Positions 17,734 to 27,051 of a stretch of 32,000 nt of DNA are shown piece after piece. The notes beneath the pieces are model-generated. The model saw only the letters and a list, made by a program, of their open reading frames with translations, searched no databases and was not told the DNA's origin. Source of the DNA: Candidatus Heimdallarchaeota archaeon (lineage in GTDB: Archaea > Asgardarchaeota > Heimdallarchaeia > Heimdallarchaeales > Heimdallarchaeaceae). A program made the position numbers and the translations under genes. The stretch spans positions 29,171-61,170 of the forward strand of contig DAOVER010000017.1 in assembly GCA_030668875.1 (NCBI GenBank), given 5' to 3'. The stretch's first letter is position 1; every line of letters starts with the position of its first letter.

Positions 17734-18915
17734 TTATAGTTTTAATAGAGGTAATTCGAGTTGCCTAGCTGAAAGGAATTCACAACCATCTGTAGTAACG
17801 AGAACATCTTCCTCGATACTACAATAACCATGGTTTTCAACGTAAACATGAAGCTCCAGTGTGAAAGCTTGATTCTCCTCAACAAGCATATGAGGTGAAT
17901 TACAATACTTTTCCCATCGAGGGCCTAAAAGACACCCAGAGTCGTGAACGTTGCGACCTATCTGATGTCCTAGTGCATGCATGAATTCTTTATATCCTGC
18001 TTTTATTACAATATCTCTTGCTATTTTGTCAACTTCCCATCCATATACTCCCGGTTTCAGTTTTTTTGCACTAGCGGTTATTGCTTTAACTACTGTTTCA
18101 AATGCTCTCATAACCTCAGTTGGTGGCATGTCTTCTCCTTCTCTTAATACATAATTCATCCTTTGAAGATCTGATGCATATCCTTCATAAAATACGCCAT
18201 AATCAACATTTATGAGATCTCCCCTTTTGACTCTAATATCTGGGTAAGCTTTTCCATGCCCTATGGAAGTTGTGGGACCCACATGAATTAATGGTGGATA
18301 AGAGACAGTGACACCTTTTTCTTTTGTGAATTTCAGTAACATTTTTTCTATATCTTCTTCACTCATTCCAAGCTTAGTAAATTCGGTGACTTTTTTATGT
18401 CCATTTTCACTTATTTCGACCGCTTTTTTTATCTTGTTGATTTCCAAATCTGTCTTTCTCCCTCTTAAAGCGGCAAGCAGTTTTTCAGAGGAAACTAGTT
18501 TTCCAAGGTAAGGTGTACCCTCTAGAAACTTGTTTAATCTTAACCACATTCCATGGGTTAAACCGTCTGCTGCTACGTTATCTATTGAATAATTTATTGC
18601 TATAGAGCTGGGGTCTATTTCATCCAGTATTTTTATTAAATCAGCTTTTATGCTTTCATCGTAACCAATAATTGTGTCATAAACACCCATTTTCTCTAAG
18701 TTTGGAACATCATAACGACCACAAATCACTATCTTTTTTCCAGTTTTTGTAATTAAAAGAACTGTTTGCCAAGTTAACCATGAATCTTCCATAAGGAAAT
18801 ATAGACTAGGGTCATGTATCTCTGAAGTTTTTCTGACATAAGTTAACCAAATATCTATGTCGAGTTCTTTCAGAATGCTTATGGCTTGATCTGTTTTTTG
18901 TTTCACTAGGTTCAT
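17734..18915 (-). CDS. M24 family Xaa-Pro aminopeptidase/dipeptidase
   Basis: Metal-ligand motifs DYG..YASD, HALGHQIGRNVHD, FTLE, IEEDVLV, plus an N-terminal creatinase-like domain. Start at ATG 18915 or 18927. Confidence 0.92.
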   Translation of the reverse strand: MNLVKQKTDQAISILKELDIDIWLTYVRKTSEIHDPSLYFLMEDSWLTWQTVLLITKTGKKIVICGRYDVPNLEKMGVYDTIIGYDESIKADLIKILDEIDPSSIAINYSIDNVAADGLTHGMWLRLNKFLEGTPYLGKLVSSEKLLAALRGRKTDLEINKIKKAVEISENGHKKVTEFTKLGMSEEDIEKMLLKFTKEKGVTVSYPPLIHVGPTTSIGHGKAYPDIRVKRGDLINVDYGVFYEGYASDLQRMNYVLREGEDMPPTEVMRAFETVVKAITASAKKLKPGVYGWEVDKIARDIVIKAGYKEFMHALGHQIGRNVHDSGCLLGPRWEKYCNSPHMLVEENQAFTLELHVYVENHGYCSIEEDVLVTTDGCEFLSARQLELPLLKL

Positions 18916-19104
18916 TATGATTTGCAATTATATAGTTTATATTTGAGTTTTACTCAATTCTCAAACATGTTGCTACACATGTGTTTATTTACATCATAGA
19001 CATATTCAAAAACGATTTACCCAAATAAGATAAAGTTAAAGAAGCTTTAAATACATAACATTATTGTCTGCTGTTATCAAAAAACCTACATAAGAGAGGC
19101 CATC

Positions 19105-19719
19105 ATGTCAAAAGATGAAATTAATGGAAAGGAGAAAGGAGAGGGCGTTAGTAACTCTAAAATGGCGTCAAAAGTTGATATCTCTGAAAGACAAAGGCAA
19201 ACACTCATTGAAGTAGTGGATGATATAGCTGGGGAAGAAGTAAAAAAAGTAACTCTAGTATTATTGAATGCAGATGAAGAAACCACAGATGAAGAGATCT
19301 CAGAAAAATTAGATATGAGACTTAATCAAGTGAGAAAATCTTTATACAAATTGTATGATTTACAATTAGCCACTTTTAGAAGAATAAGAGATAAATCAAC
19401 TGGTTGGTTTGTTTATTTTTGGACTTTACATCCTGAGAGAATAGATGTCTTTGTGGAGAAAAAACAACTAGAAGTTTTAGAAAAACTCCAAACTCGTTTG
19501 CTTTATGAAACTTCTAATATGTTCTTCACTTGTGATAATCCTGATTGTCCTCGTGTAATATTCCAAGAAGCAATGGATAATAACTTTGAGTGTGAAACAT
19601 GCAAAGGACGATTGGAGGCCTTTGAGAACGAACAATTAATTAAAGTATTAAAGGAAAAAATAGTTGAACTTGAAGCAATCCGAGAAAAAACACAGAAGAT
19701 TATGAATGGTGAGAAGTAG
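19105..19719 (+). CDS. tfe: Transcription factor E (TFEalpha)
   Basis: TDEEISEKLDMRLNQVRKSLYKLY..RIRDKSTGWFVYFW winged helix, zinc ribbon CDNPDC..CETC. Confidence 0.94.
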   Translation: MSKDEINGKEKGEGVSNSKMASKVDISERQRQTLIEVVDDIAGEEVKKVTLVLLNADEETTDEEISEKLDMRLNQVRKSLYKLYDLQLATFRRIRDKSTGWFVYFWTLHPERIDVFVEKKQLEVLEKLQTRLLYETSNMFFTCDNPDCPRVIFQEAMDNNFECETCKGRLEAFENEQLIKVLKEKIVELEAIREKTQKIMNGEK

Positions 19720-19733
19720 AAATCTACTCTCTT

Positions 19734-20417
19734 TTAGCTAAGACGTTTTTGAACAGATTCACTCTCTAATTCCCTTATTGCATCTTTAGCAACCCATCTT
19801 CCTACTGTGGAATCTAGTTGAGCTATTACTTTTGCAACTTTTATAGCTTCTTTATTGAGTTTAAGATTTCTTTTTCCAATCTGTCTCAATGCCCAGTTAA
19901 CAGCTTTTTTCACCATGATTCTAGAGTCTATAGAACCCTTCTCGATTAGTTGGAAGAACTGAATAAAAGATTGATTTTCTGCCTTTTCGTCGCTTACAGC
20001 TAGTCTTGCTATCATTACATAACCAGCTCTTTTGATGAACTCTTTTTCGCTATCACACCATTCAAAAGCTTTAGTGTAAGCAAATTCTGTTTTCTCGAAG
20101 AGATTCATTATAGTTTGATCACAGATTTCCCAATAATCAAAATCACTAACCCATTTCTCTAGTTGCTCTTCAGTTACTTGTTCTGGAATGTCGATCATGC
20201 TAGCTAAAATCATTGTTTCCCGATAACCTAACTCCCACAATTTGTGAGCTAATTCTCTATCTTTTCCTATTCTCTTTGCCATTTTTCTAAGTTCTGGTAT
20301 CCTTATTCCATAAGTTTTGTCAGGAGTAATACCAAATCTCGCCATCCCTTCGATTGATTCAAGATTAGATTTAGATTTGAATTCGCAAATTATTTCATCA
20401 AGTTGCATTGTATTCAA
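19734..20417 (-). CDS. DNA alkylation repair protein (AlkD-like HEAT repeat)
   Basis: GIRIPELRKMAK, LWELGYRETMILA, DYWEICDQT, VKKAVNWALRQIGKRN. Confidence 0.88.
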   Translation of the reverse strand: MNTMQLDEIICEFKSKSNLESIEGMARFGITPDKTYGIRIPELRKMAKRIGKDRELAHKLWELGYRETMILASMIDIPEQVTEEQLEKWVSDFDYWEICDQTIMNLFEKTEFAYTKAFEWCDSEKEFIKRAGYVMIARLAVSDEKAENQSFIQFFQLIEKGSIDSRIMVKKAVNWALRQIGKRNLKLNKEAIKVAKVIAQLDSTVGRWVAKDAIRELESESVQKRLS

Positions 20418-20644
20418 AATAAAGATAATATTTAACCTTAAAAATTTGTATAGTTCACATGTAACTCTTTTGCAAAAAATTGTTCTTTCAGTAAAATATT
20501 ATAGAATATATTCAATGGTTTGGTGACTTTGGTGGTTTTTTCACTCCTTCTAATGTTGGTAAGTTGATGAAATCAACTGAAAAGTTAGGCGAAGCTTAGG
20601 ATATTGTGAAAAAACTTATCTTTACAAAATTTTATCCGTATATC

Positions 20645-21160
20645 ATGAAGAAGTTACTTGATAATGTTTCGGCAGGTCTTTATCCTAATCCTGTTTTGCT
20701 AGTGTCATCTGAATATCTAGGAGAGGGGTCGATAATTACCTTATCTTGGGCTGGCAACAGTTGTTCTAATCCTCCCATTATGTCACTTGGAATAAGAAAG
20801 GAAAGACATTCTCACAACATAATTAAACAATCTATGGAATTTGTCATCAACATTCCAACAACAAATATGCTTGATAAGGTTGAAATATGTGGTACAAAAT
20901 CTGGAAAAGACATAGATAAATGGAAAGAATGCAATTTTACAAAAGGACAGAGTAAAGTAGTTAATGTATCACACATCGAAGAATGTCCTGTTAGTCTGGA
21001 ATGCAAAGTGATTCAGATTATTGAATTGGGATCTCATGACCTATTTCTAGGTGAGGTTGTTGCAATCCATATGGACGAGAAATGGAAATCTGAACAATAC
21101 CCCGATCTTCTAACATATGTTAGAGGAATTTACAAGAAATGCAATGAGTTACAAGATTAG
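20645..21160 (+). CDS. Flavin reductase-like family protein
   Basis: LYPNPVLLVS, TLSWAG, EFVINIP, ICGTKSG..IDK, ECPVSLECKV..LGSHDLFLGEV. Start at ATG 20645 or GTG 20606. Confidence 0.9.
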   Translation: MKKLLDNVSAGLYPNPVLLVSSEYLGEGSIITLSWAGNSCSNPPIMSLGIRKERHSHNIIKQSMEFVINIPTTNMLDKVEICGTKSGKDIDKWKECNFTKGQSKVVNVSHIEECPVSLECKVIQIIELGSHDLFLGEVVAIHMDEKWKSEQYPDLLTYVRGIYKKCNELQD

Positions 21161-21172
21161 TTACAGTAAAAA

Positions 21173-21249
21173 TGGTGGCAGGACAGGGATTTGAACCCTG
21201 GATCCTTTACTCCCGAAGCAAAAATCTTACCAAGCTAGACCATCCTACC
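21173..21249 (-). tRNA. tRNA-Pro(CGG), CCA encoded, unusually AT-rich
   Basis: Acceptor stem GGTAGGA/TCCTGCC, anticodon arm TTTGC-TT CGG GA-GTAAA, T arm CAGGG-TTCAAAT-CCCTG, 3' ACCA. Confidence 0.85.
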
Positions 21250-21356
21250 TTTATTTTGTCTATATTAGGGTTTTTAATTAAAAAAATTCCGGCATCTCAT
21301 AATTTTGTCTATTTGCCAAAGAAAAGTATAAATCTCCACCTTGTTAGAAAAATATA

Positions 21357-22118
21357 ATGAAAGTAAGGGTTATTAGCACTTTTTCTTTTGCAAAATTAAA
21401 AAAGAAGAAAAAAGCAGTTTTTATTGTTATTGACACGTTTCGTGCAACTAGTTCTATTGTGACTTTGAAGAATTCAGGAGCGTCAAGTATCTATATTACA
21501 GACAATGGAGATAATTCGAAAAAATTGAAAGTGCTACTCTTTCCGGATGCTCTTTTAATTGGAGAAAGCAAAGGAATAATGATTGAAGGTTTCGACTATG
21601 GGAACACTCCTTCTATCTTTTCGAGGAAAAGTTTCAAGGGAAAAGACATCATTTTTACCTCTTCTAGTGGTGCTAAAGCCATTACTGGCTTGAAAGCTCA
21701 AAATAATGTTTTTCTTGGATCACTGTTAAATCTTAATTCAATAACAACAAAAGTAGCAGAAATAGCAGAAAAAGAAGAATGCGATATATTTATTCTTCCT
21801 TCAGGAAGTGCATGGGATGAAACAATGTACGTTATTGAGGATTGGTTAACTGGGATTTTAATGGCAAATAATCTATCTACAAGATTTGGTTTTGTTGATA
21901 TCTCTGAAGGCAATTTTTACTCTAAAACAAAAGAGATTATTGAGGATGAGTACTCTCTAAGTTATCTATTGAAAAACTCACCTAATGGTAAAGCACTATT
22001 GGAACTTGGTTTTGAGGATGATGTAGATTTTGCAACTAAACTTAGTAAAATGAAAAATGTTCCAAAAATAAAGGAATTTAGAGAGAAGGATGGAATATCC
22101 TTTTGTGTGATTAGTTAA
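21357..22118 (+). CDS. comB: 2-phosphosulfolactate phosphatase (ComB) family protein
   Basis: IVIDTFRATSSI, LLIGESKG..IEGFDYGNTP, FTSSSGAKAI, LGSLLN, IEDWLTG. Confidence 0.8.
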   Translation: MKVRVISTFSFAKLKKKKKAVFIVIDTFRATSSIVTLKNSGASSIYITDNGDNSKKLKVLLFPDALLIGESKGIMIEGFDYGNTPSIFSRKSFKGKDIIFTSSSGAKAITGLKAQNNVFLGSLLNLNSITTKVAEIAEKEECDIFILPSGSAWDETMYVIEDWLTGILMANNLSTRFGFVDISEGNFYSKTKEIIEDEYSLSYLLKNSPNGKALLELGFEDDVDFATKLSKMKNVPKIKEFREKDGISFCVIS

Positions 22119-22135
22119 CCACTTCTCTATTATCT

Positions 22136-23587
22136 CTAAACGTCTACACTATTGAAGTTAGCTTTTTTGTCTCTCTTATCTGGATGAAACTTATCGATGT
22201 ATTCAGCTGGAATACGCTTTAGAACTCTGTAGGGATCATCAAAAACGCTCAAGAGTTCCCATCCAATGTCGAGTGATTCAAAGATAGATCTATTTTCGTG
22301 ATAGTCTTGATTAATGAATTTCTGTTCAAATGATATTGCAAACTCAAGGATCTTTTTATCAGTCTCAGTAAGAGACTCATCTCCTACTACTGCAACAAGA
22401 TCCCTTAAATCTCGACCTGTGGCGTACAATGCATAAAGTTGGTCAGCAACATATTTGTGATCGCCCCTTGTAGATCCTTTACCTATTGTATCTTTCATCA
22501 ATCTAGAAAGAGAGGGTAATGGATTAATTGGGGGATAAAGACCCTTGCGATATAGTCCTACATCTATAAACACTTGTCCTTCTGTAATGTACCCTGTTAA
22601 GTCTGGAACTGGGTGTGTAATGTCATAATTAGGAAGTGTTAGAATTGGTAATTGTGTGATAGAACCTTTTTTATCAAAAATTCTACCAGCTCTTTCATAT
22701 ATTGTAGAAAAGTCAGAATACATGTAACCAGGATATCCTCGTCTACTTGGCACCTCGCTTCTTGCTGCTGCAACTTCTCGAAGAGATTCTGCATAGGCAG
22801 TGATATCTGTAAGAATAACTAGAACATGGTATCCAAGTTCGTAGGCCAGATGTTCAGCTGTTGTTAGTGCTAATCTTGGTGTTAAAAGACGTTCAATCGC
22901 TGGATCATCTGCTAGATTGAGGAACAATACAACTTTATCTAATGCACCTGTTTCTTCAAAATCATCTCTAAAGAAACGAGCTTCATCTGCAGTGATTCCC
23001 ATTGCCGAAAAGATAACTGCAAATTCTTCATCAGTACCGAGAACTTTAGCTTGACGTGCAATTTGAGCAGCGAGCATATTGTGAGGAAGACCGCTCCCAC
23101 TGAATAGAGGTAATTTTTGCCCTCTCACCAGTGTAAGAAGCGTATCAATTGTACTTACGCCTGTTTCAATAAACTCCTTAGGATATTGTCTTGCTGAAGG
23201 ATTAATAGGCGCTCCGTTAACGTCTAATATCTTCTCAGGGACTATGTCACCACCACCATCAATTGGAACACCTCTTCCATTGAAGACTCTCCCCAACATT
23301 TCTCGGCTCACACCAATTTTCATTGTTTCTCCTAAGAATCTGCAGATTGTGTCCTTTGTCTCTAACCCTGATGTTCCTTCAAAACATTGAATGATTGCTA
23401 AATCCTTGGAAACATCTAAAACCTGTCCTCTTCTTCTTTCTCCTGTAGTTGTTTGAATTTCAGCCATCTCTCCATATGAAACACCACCCATCCCTTTCAA
23501 ATCAACAAACATTAGAGGTCCAGAAACTTCAGTTACTGTTTTGAATTCCCTTGCTTCGTATGTCTCTTTTATTGTCATCATCATCAC
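22136..23587 (-). CDS. atpB: A/V-type ATP synthase subunit B
   Basis: [65 protein letters not shown]. The exact start among the four consecutive start codons is uncertain. Confidence 0.97.
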   Translation of the reverse strand: MMMMTIKETYEAREFKTVTEVSGPLMFVDLKGMGGVSYGEMAEIQTTTGERRRGQVLDVSKDLAIIQCFEGTSGLETKDTICRFLGETMKIGVSREMLGRVFNGRGVPIDGGGDIVPEKILDVNGAPINPSARQYPKEFIETGVSTIDTLLTLVRGQKLPLFSGSGLPHNMLAAQIARQAKVLGTDEEFAVIFSAMGITADEARFFRDDFEETGALDKVVLFLNLADDPAIERLLTPRLALTTAEHLAYELGYHVLVILTDITAYAESLREVAAARSEVPSRRGYPGYMYSDFSTIYERAGRIFDKKGSITQLPILTLPNYDITHPVPDLTGYITEGQVFIDVGLYRKGLYPPINPLPSLSRLMKDTIGKGSTRGDHKYVADQLYALYATGRDLRDLVAVVGDESLTETDKKILEFAISFEQKFINQDYHENRSIFESLDIGWELLSVFDDPYRVLKRIPAEYIDKFHPDKRDKKANFNSVDV

Positions 23588-23590
23588 CTA

Positions 23591-25378
23591 TTACTTGTCT
23601 TCTTCTATTCCAAATTGCTGAGGTGTTAGACCATCAATTTCCTTCATCAGTTCATTTAAACTAGTTTCAATTTCGTTTCTGTCAACATACTTCATTCTAG
23701 CAATTTTGACTACTGCATCATGACTGAAGATATCTGTAACTATCGCACCTTTTCTGTAGAGATCTGATGCTTTCTCATAAAATCGAAGTATTGTTTTTAA
23801 CATTAGGTATTGTTTTTCAAGACTACAGAAACTATCTATTTCATGGAATGCATTTTGTTGCAGGAAATCTTCCTTAATCATTCTGGCTGTCTCTAAAATT
23901 ATTTTTTCACTTGGGGGTAAAGCATCAGGTCCCACTAAAGCAACAATGTCTTGAAGTTCCTTATCTTTCTGTAATAGAGCCAATGCCTCAGAACGTAGTT
24001 TTGGAAATTCACTATTTACGTTTTCTATATAATGGTCTTCTAATGCCGACCAATATAATGTGTAACTTAATAAGTAATCAATAGCTGGAAAATGCCTTCT
24101 ACTTGCAAGATCTTTCGATAAAGCCCAGAAGACCTTTACTATACGTAATGTGTTCTGTGTTACTGGCTCGCTGAAATCCCCACCAGGAGGACTAATTGCT
24201 CCTACAACGGTGATACTTGATTCTCTTGGTATTGAACCTAGAGTCATTACTCTTCCTGCTCTCTCATAATATTGAGCAATTCTTGAGGCAAGATATGCTG
24301 GGAACGATTCTTCTCCAGGCATTTCCTCTAAACGACCTGAAATTTCTCTCATAGCTTCTGCCCATCTAGAAGTACTATCTGCCATCATGGCCACGTCATA
24401 TCCCATGTCACGGAAAAATTCAGCTAAAGTGATTCCAGTATATACACTTGCTTCACGAGCAGCAACTGGCATATTAGAGGTGTTTGCAATTAGTACTGTT
24501 CGATCCATTAATGGACCACCTGTATATGGGTCTACAAGCTTTGGAAATTCTCTGAGGACATCAGTCATTTCGTTACCTCTTTCACCACACCCTACGTAAA
24601 CAACTATCTTTGCATCAGACCATTTTGCAAGTTGATGTTGACTAACTGTTTTTCCTGTTCCAAAACCACCTGGAATTGCACCTGTTCCACCCTTTGCAAT
24701 TGGAGCAAAAGTATCGAAAATTCTTTGTCCAGTTATTAATGGAACGCTTGGGGGTAATCTTAAATGAAAAGGTCTAGGTTGTCTAACTGGCCATTCCTGA
24801 TAAAACTTCAAATCTACTTTGTCCCCACTAGGGGTTACAATAGTTGCTGAAGTATCATCAATTGTATAATCTCCTCTTTTTGCTATAAACTCTAATTTTC
24901 CTTTTATGTTTGGTGGGACTATAAGTTTAAAGTCAACTGTTGGAGTTTCGGGAATCTCACCTAAAATATCCCCCCCTGTAATTTTGTCTCCAACTTTCAC
25001 AGAGGGTTCAAAATCCCATATTTTTTTATGATCTAAACCAGGGATCTCAATACCTCTTGCAATAAAATCTCCTGATTTTTCTCTAATGACAGGTAAAGGT
25101 CTCTGAATCCCATCAAAAATCTGTCGAATAAGACCGGGTCCTAATTCTACTGACAAAGGTGAATGCGTCAGATATACAGGTTCTCCTGGGGTTAGACCTT
25201 CAGTACTCTCATAAACTTGAACTGTAGCTATGTCGCCTGTTAGTCTGATGATTTCACCCACTAACTTCTCTTCACCTATTCTTGCCACATCATAAAGCTT
25301 GGATCCTAACATATTAGAAGCCTGGACTACAGGTCCCGCAATTCTATCTATAATACCAATTTGTTCAGAACTAGCCAT
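23591..25378 (-). CDS. atpA: A/V-type ATP synthase subunit A (catalytic), no intein
   Basis: [68 protein letters not shown] 25378 is preferred over GTG 25390. Confidence 0.97.
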   Translation of the reverse strand: MASSEQIGIIDRIAGPVVQASNMLGSKLYDVARIGEEKLVGEIIRLTGDIATVQVYESTEGLTPGEPVYLTHSPLSVELGPGLIRQIFDGIQRPLPVIREKSGDFIARGIEIPGLDHKKIWDFEPSVKVGDKITGGDILGEIPETPTVDFKLIVPPNIKGKLEFIAKRGDYTIDDTSATIVTPSGDKVDLKFYQEWPVRQPRPFHLRLPPSVPLITGQRIFDTFAPIAKGGTGAIPGGFGTGKTVSQHQLAKWSDAKIVVYVGCGERGNEMTDVLREFPKLVDPYTGGPLMDRTVLIANTSNMPVAAREASVYTGITLAEFFRDMGYDVAMMADSTSRWAEAMREISGRLEEMPGEESFPAYLASRIAQYYERAGRVMTLGSIPRESSITVVGAISPPGGDFSEPVTQNTLRIVKVFWALSKDLASRRHFPAIDYLLSYTLYWSALEDHYIENVNSEFPKLRSEALALLQKDKELQDIVALVGPDALPPSEKIILETARMIKEDFLQQNAFHEIDSFCSLEKQYLMLKTILRFYEKASDLYRKGAIVTDIFSHDAVVKIARMKYVDRNEIETSLNELMKEIDGLTPQQFGIEEDK

Positions 25379-25403
25379 GGGTAAACACACTGCGAATATT
25401 TCT

Positions 25404-25418
25404 AATTAAAAATTTTTG
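25404..25418 (-). promoter_or_regulatory. Putative BRE/TATA directly upstream of atpA
   Basis: Minus strand reads CAAAAATTTTTAATT about 25 nt upstream of ATG 25378. Confidence 0.45.
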
Positions 25419-25609
25419 CATTTCTATCCCTTTAAATAATCTATCTTTATCTTTAAGATATAAAAACACTATAAGACAAGAATAGCTCTAGAAGAGCATC
25501 TTTCAGCTCTGTCATCAATTTCTTCAAGTTTAAATAGCAATCTGTGAATCAGATTAATGAGATTCTGGTCTCTTATTAAATCAGTTATTGATTTAGTAAT
25601 TTAGCAGCC

Positions 25610-25763
25610 GCTGAAAGACCTAGGAGACAGAATGAATAAAAAAAACAAATCAATGGTTCCAAATTGATTGTTTGGGTTGGTTGTTGTTCCCAATCCCGAA
25701 ACATGTTTAATTATATCTTAACCTCCTAAGATAAAAAAACTCTGTCCAAATAGGTCTTTCGGC
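25610..25763 (+). other. Multi-hairpin non-coding element closed by imperfect terminal inverted repeats
   Basis: GCTGAAAGACCTA (25610-22) pairs with TAGGTCTTTCGGC (25751-63), GACAGA pairs with TCTGTC, and three hairpins lie inside. Confidence 0.4.
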
Positions 25764-26108
25764 ATTCTTTCTTTAAAAAATTTAACTTGCTTTCTTAACA
25801 ACTATTAACACTGAGATTTTTCAATATCGATATATTATCTATGGTTGTGATCTTACGTCTTCAAATCCTTCTCCAAGATATATTTTTAAGCATTTTTTTG
25901 AACACTTACCCATGATTGGGATAACGAAAATGAAGTAGTTCATTGACAATTGAACAATTTCCTTGAAGCAAGTTTTAATTGTACCCAAAGATTCAAAATA
26001 ATCAATCTGCTCCCTATTATGTAAGCAAGAATGTGCTCGTTTGACATAATGGACTTCCTCAAGGCTTTGTTTATTTCTTCAATTCCTTGCCATATACTAG
26101 AATACACT

Positions 26109-26861
26109 TTACGACACTAAACATCTGTCATCTAGTAGGAAAGAGAAAGTAAGATTTAGAATTGCTTCTGTTTCTCTTCTAGTCAATATCTCTTCCTTCG
26201 CATGAGCAGAAATTATTCTATATTTATTACATAATTTTAACAGAGAGTCATATTTGGTTGGTATTATTGAGTTGAATATCTTTTTGTTTAGTATATATAG
26301 ATCAACTAGTTCCCCAAATGAAAAGTCTAATTTTTTCCGTTTTTCCTTTAGGAAAGATTCATTTGCATCTTTTAATAAATGCATTAGTCTTTCTTCTATA
26401 GAAACCACAGCATTAATGATTGAAGAGAAGTGACATTGTCTGACAGAACTATAAAAAGCTTCGTTCAATCTGTTTCGTTCATACTCTGACAGTTTTAAGA
26501 CTTGATGAGTTAGCTCTGTCTGTTGAGGTAAAAGATACTTCTCTATTCCTGTAAAGTTTTCTTTTATACCATCTAAACCATTTTGAAGATTCTTATGATT
26601 AAATAACTAGGGAAATATGAATTCAATATGGATTTTTACATCTAAATAGCTTGCTAGTGCAATTATATTATCCATTTCTTCTTTAAAAAATACAAAAATA
26701 TATCCTGAAATAGTTAGGTAACTTGAAAGTATTTCTGGAACATGAGACATCTGAGATGCAATATCAAAATGATCATTATAGAATTTAACAAATTGTTCTT
26801 CCCAGTCTTTTAACCATTTATCTAAATTTAGTAAAGTAGTAAAATAATCTTTTAAATACAT
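26109..26861 (-). pseudogene. HEPN-like (DUF4145/Abi-type) protein of about 250 codons, interrupted by one in-frame TAG
   Basis: Track ORFs 26607-26861 and 26109-26468 share a frame, with 46 open codons between them. C-terminal NEAFYSSVRQCHFSSIINAVVSIEERL...NKYRIISAH (Rx4H). Confidence 0.6.
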
Positions 26862-27051
26862 TAGATAAAATACTTATGGAGGTTTATATCACTTCTTATG
26901 AAAATCTAAATATTCATGTTTTAGGCAATTCACAGTTTCATTTGAATTACTAAACTGATGATTAAACAAAGAAGGAAGTAAAATAGAAAAATTGACATGT
27001 ATATAGTTCAAGAGAAGGAAATGAGCAAATTAGGATTAATGATGAATCTGC

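Noticed and set aside
21172-21357. 61-aa plus-strand ORF
   Set aside because: It is the antisense reading of tRNA-Pro plus intergenic DNA.
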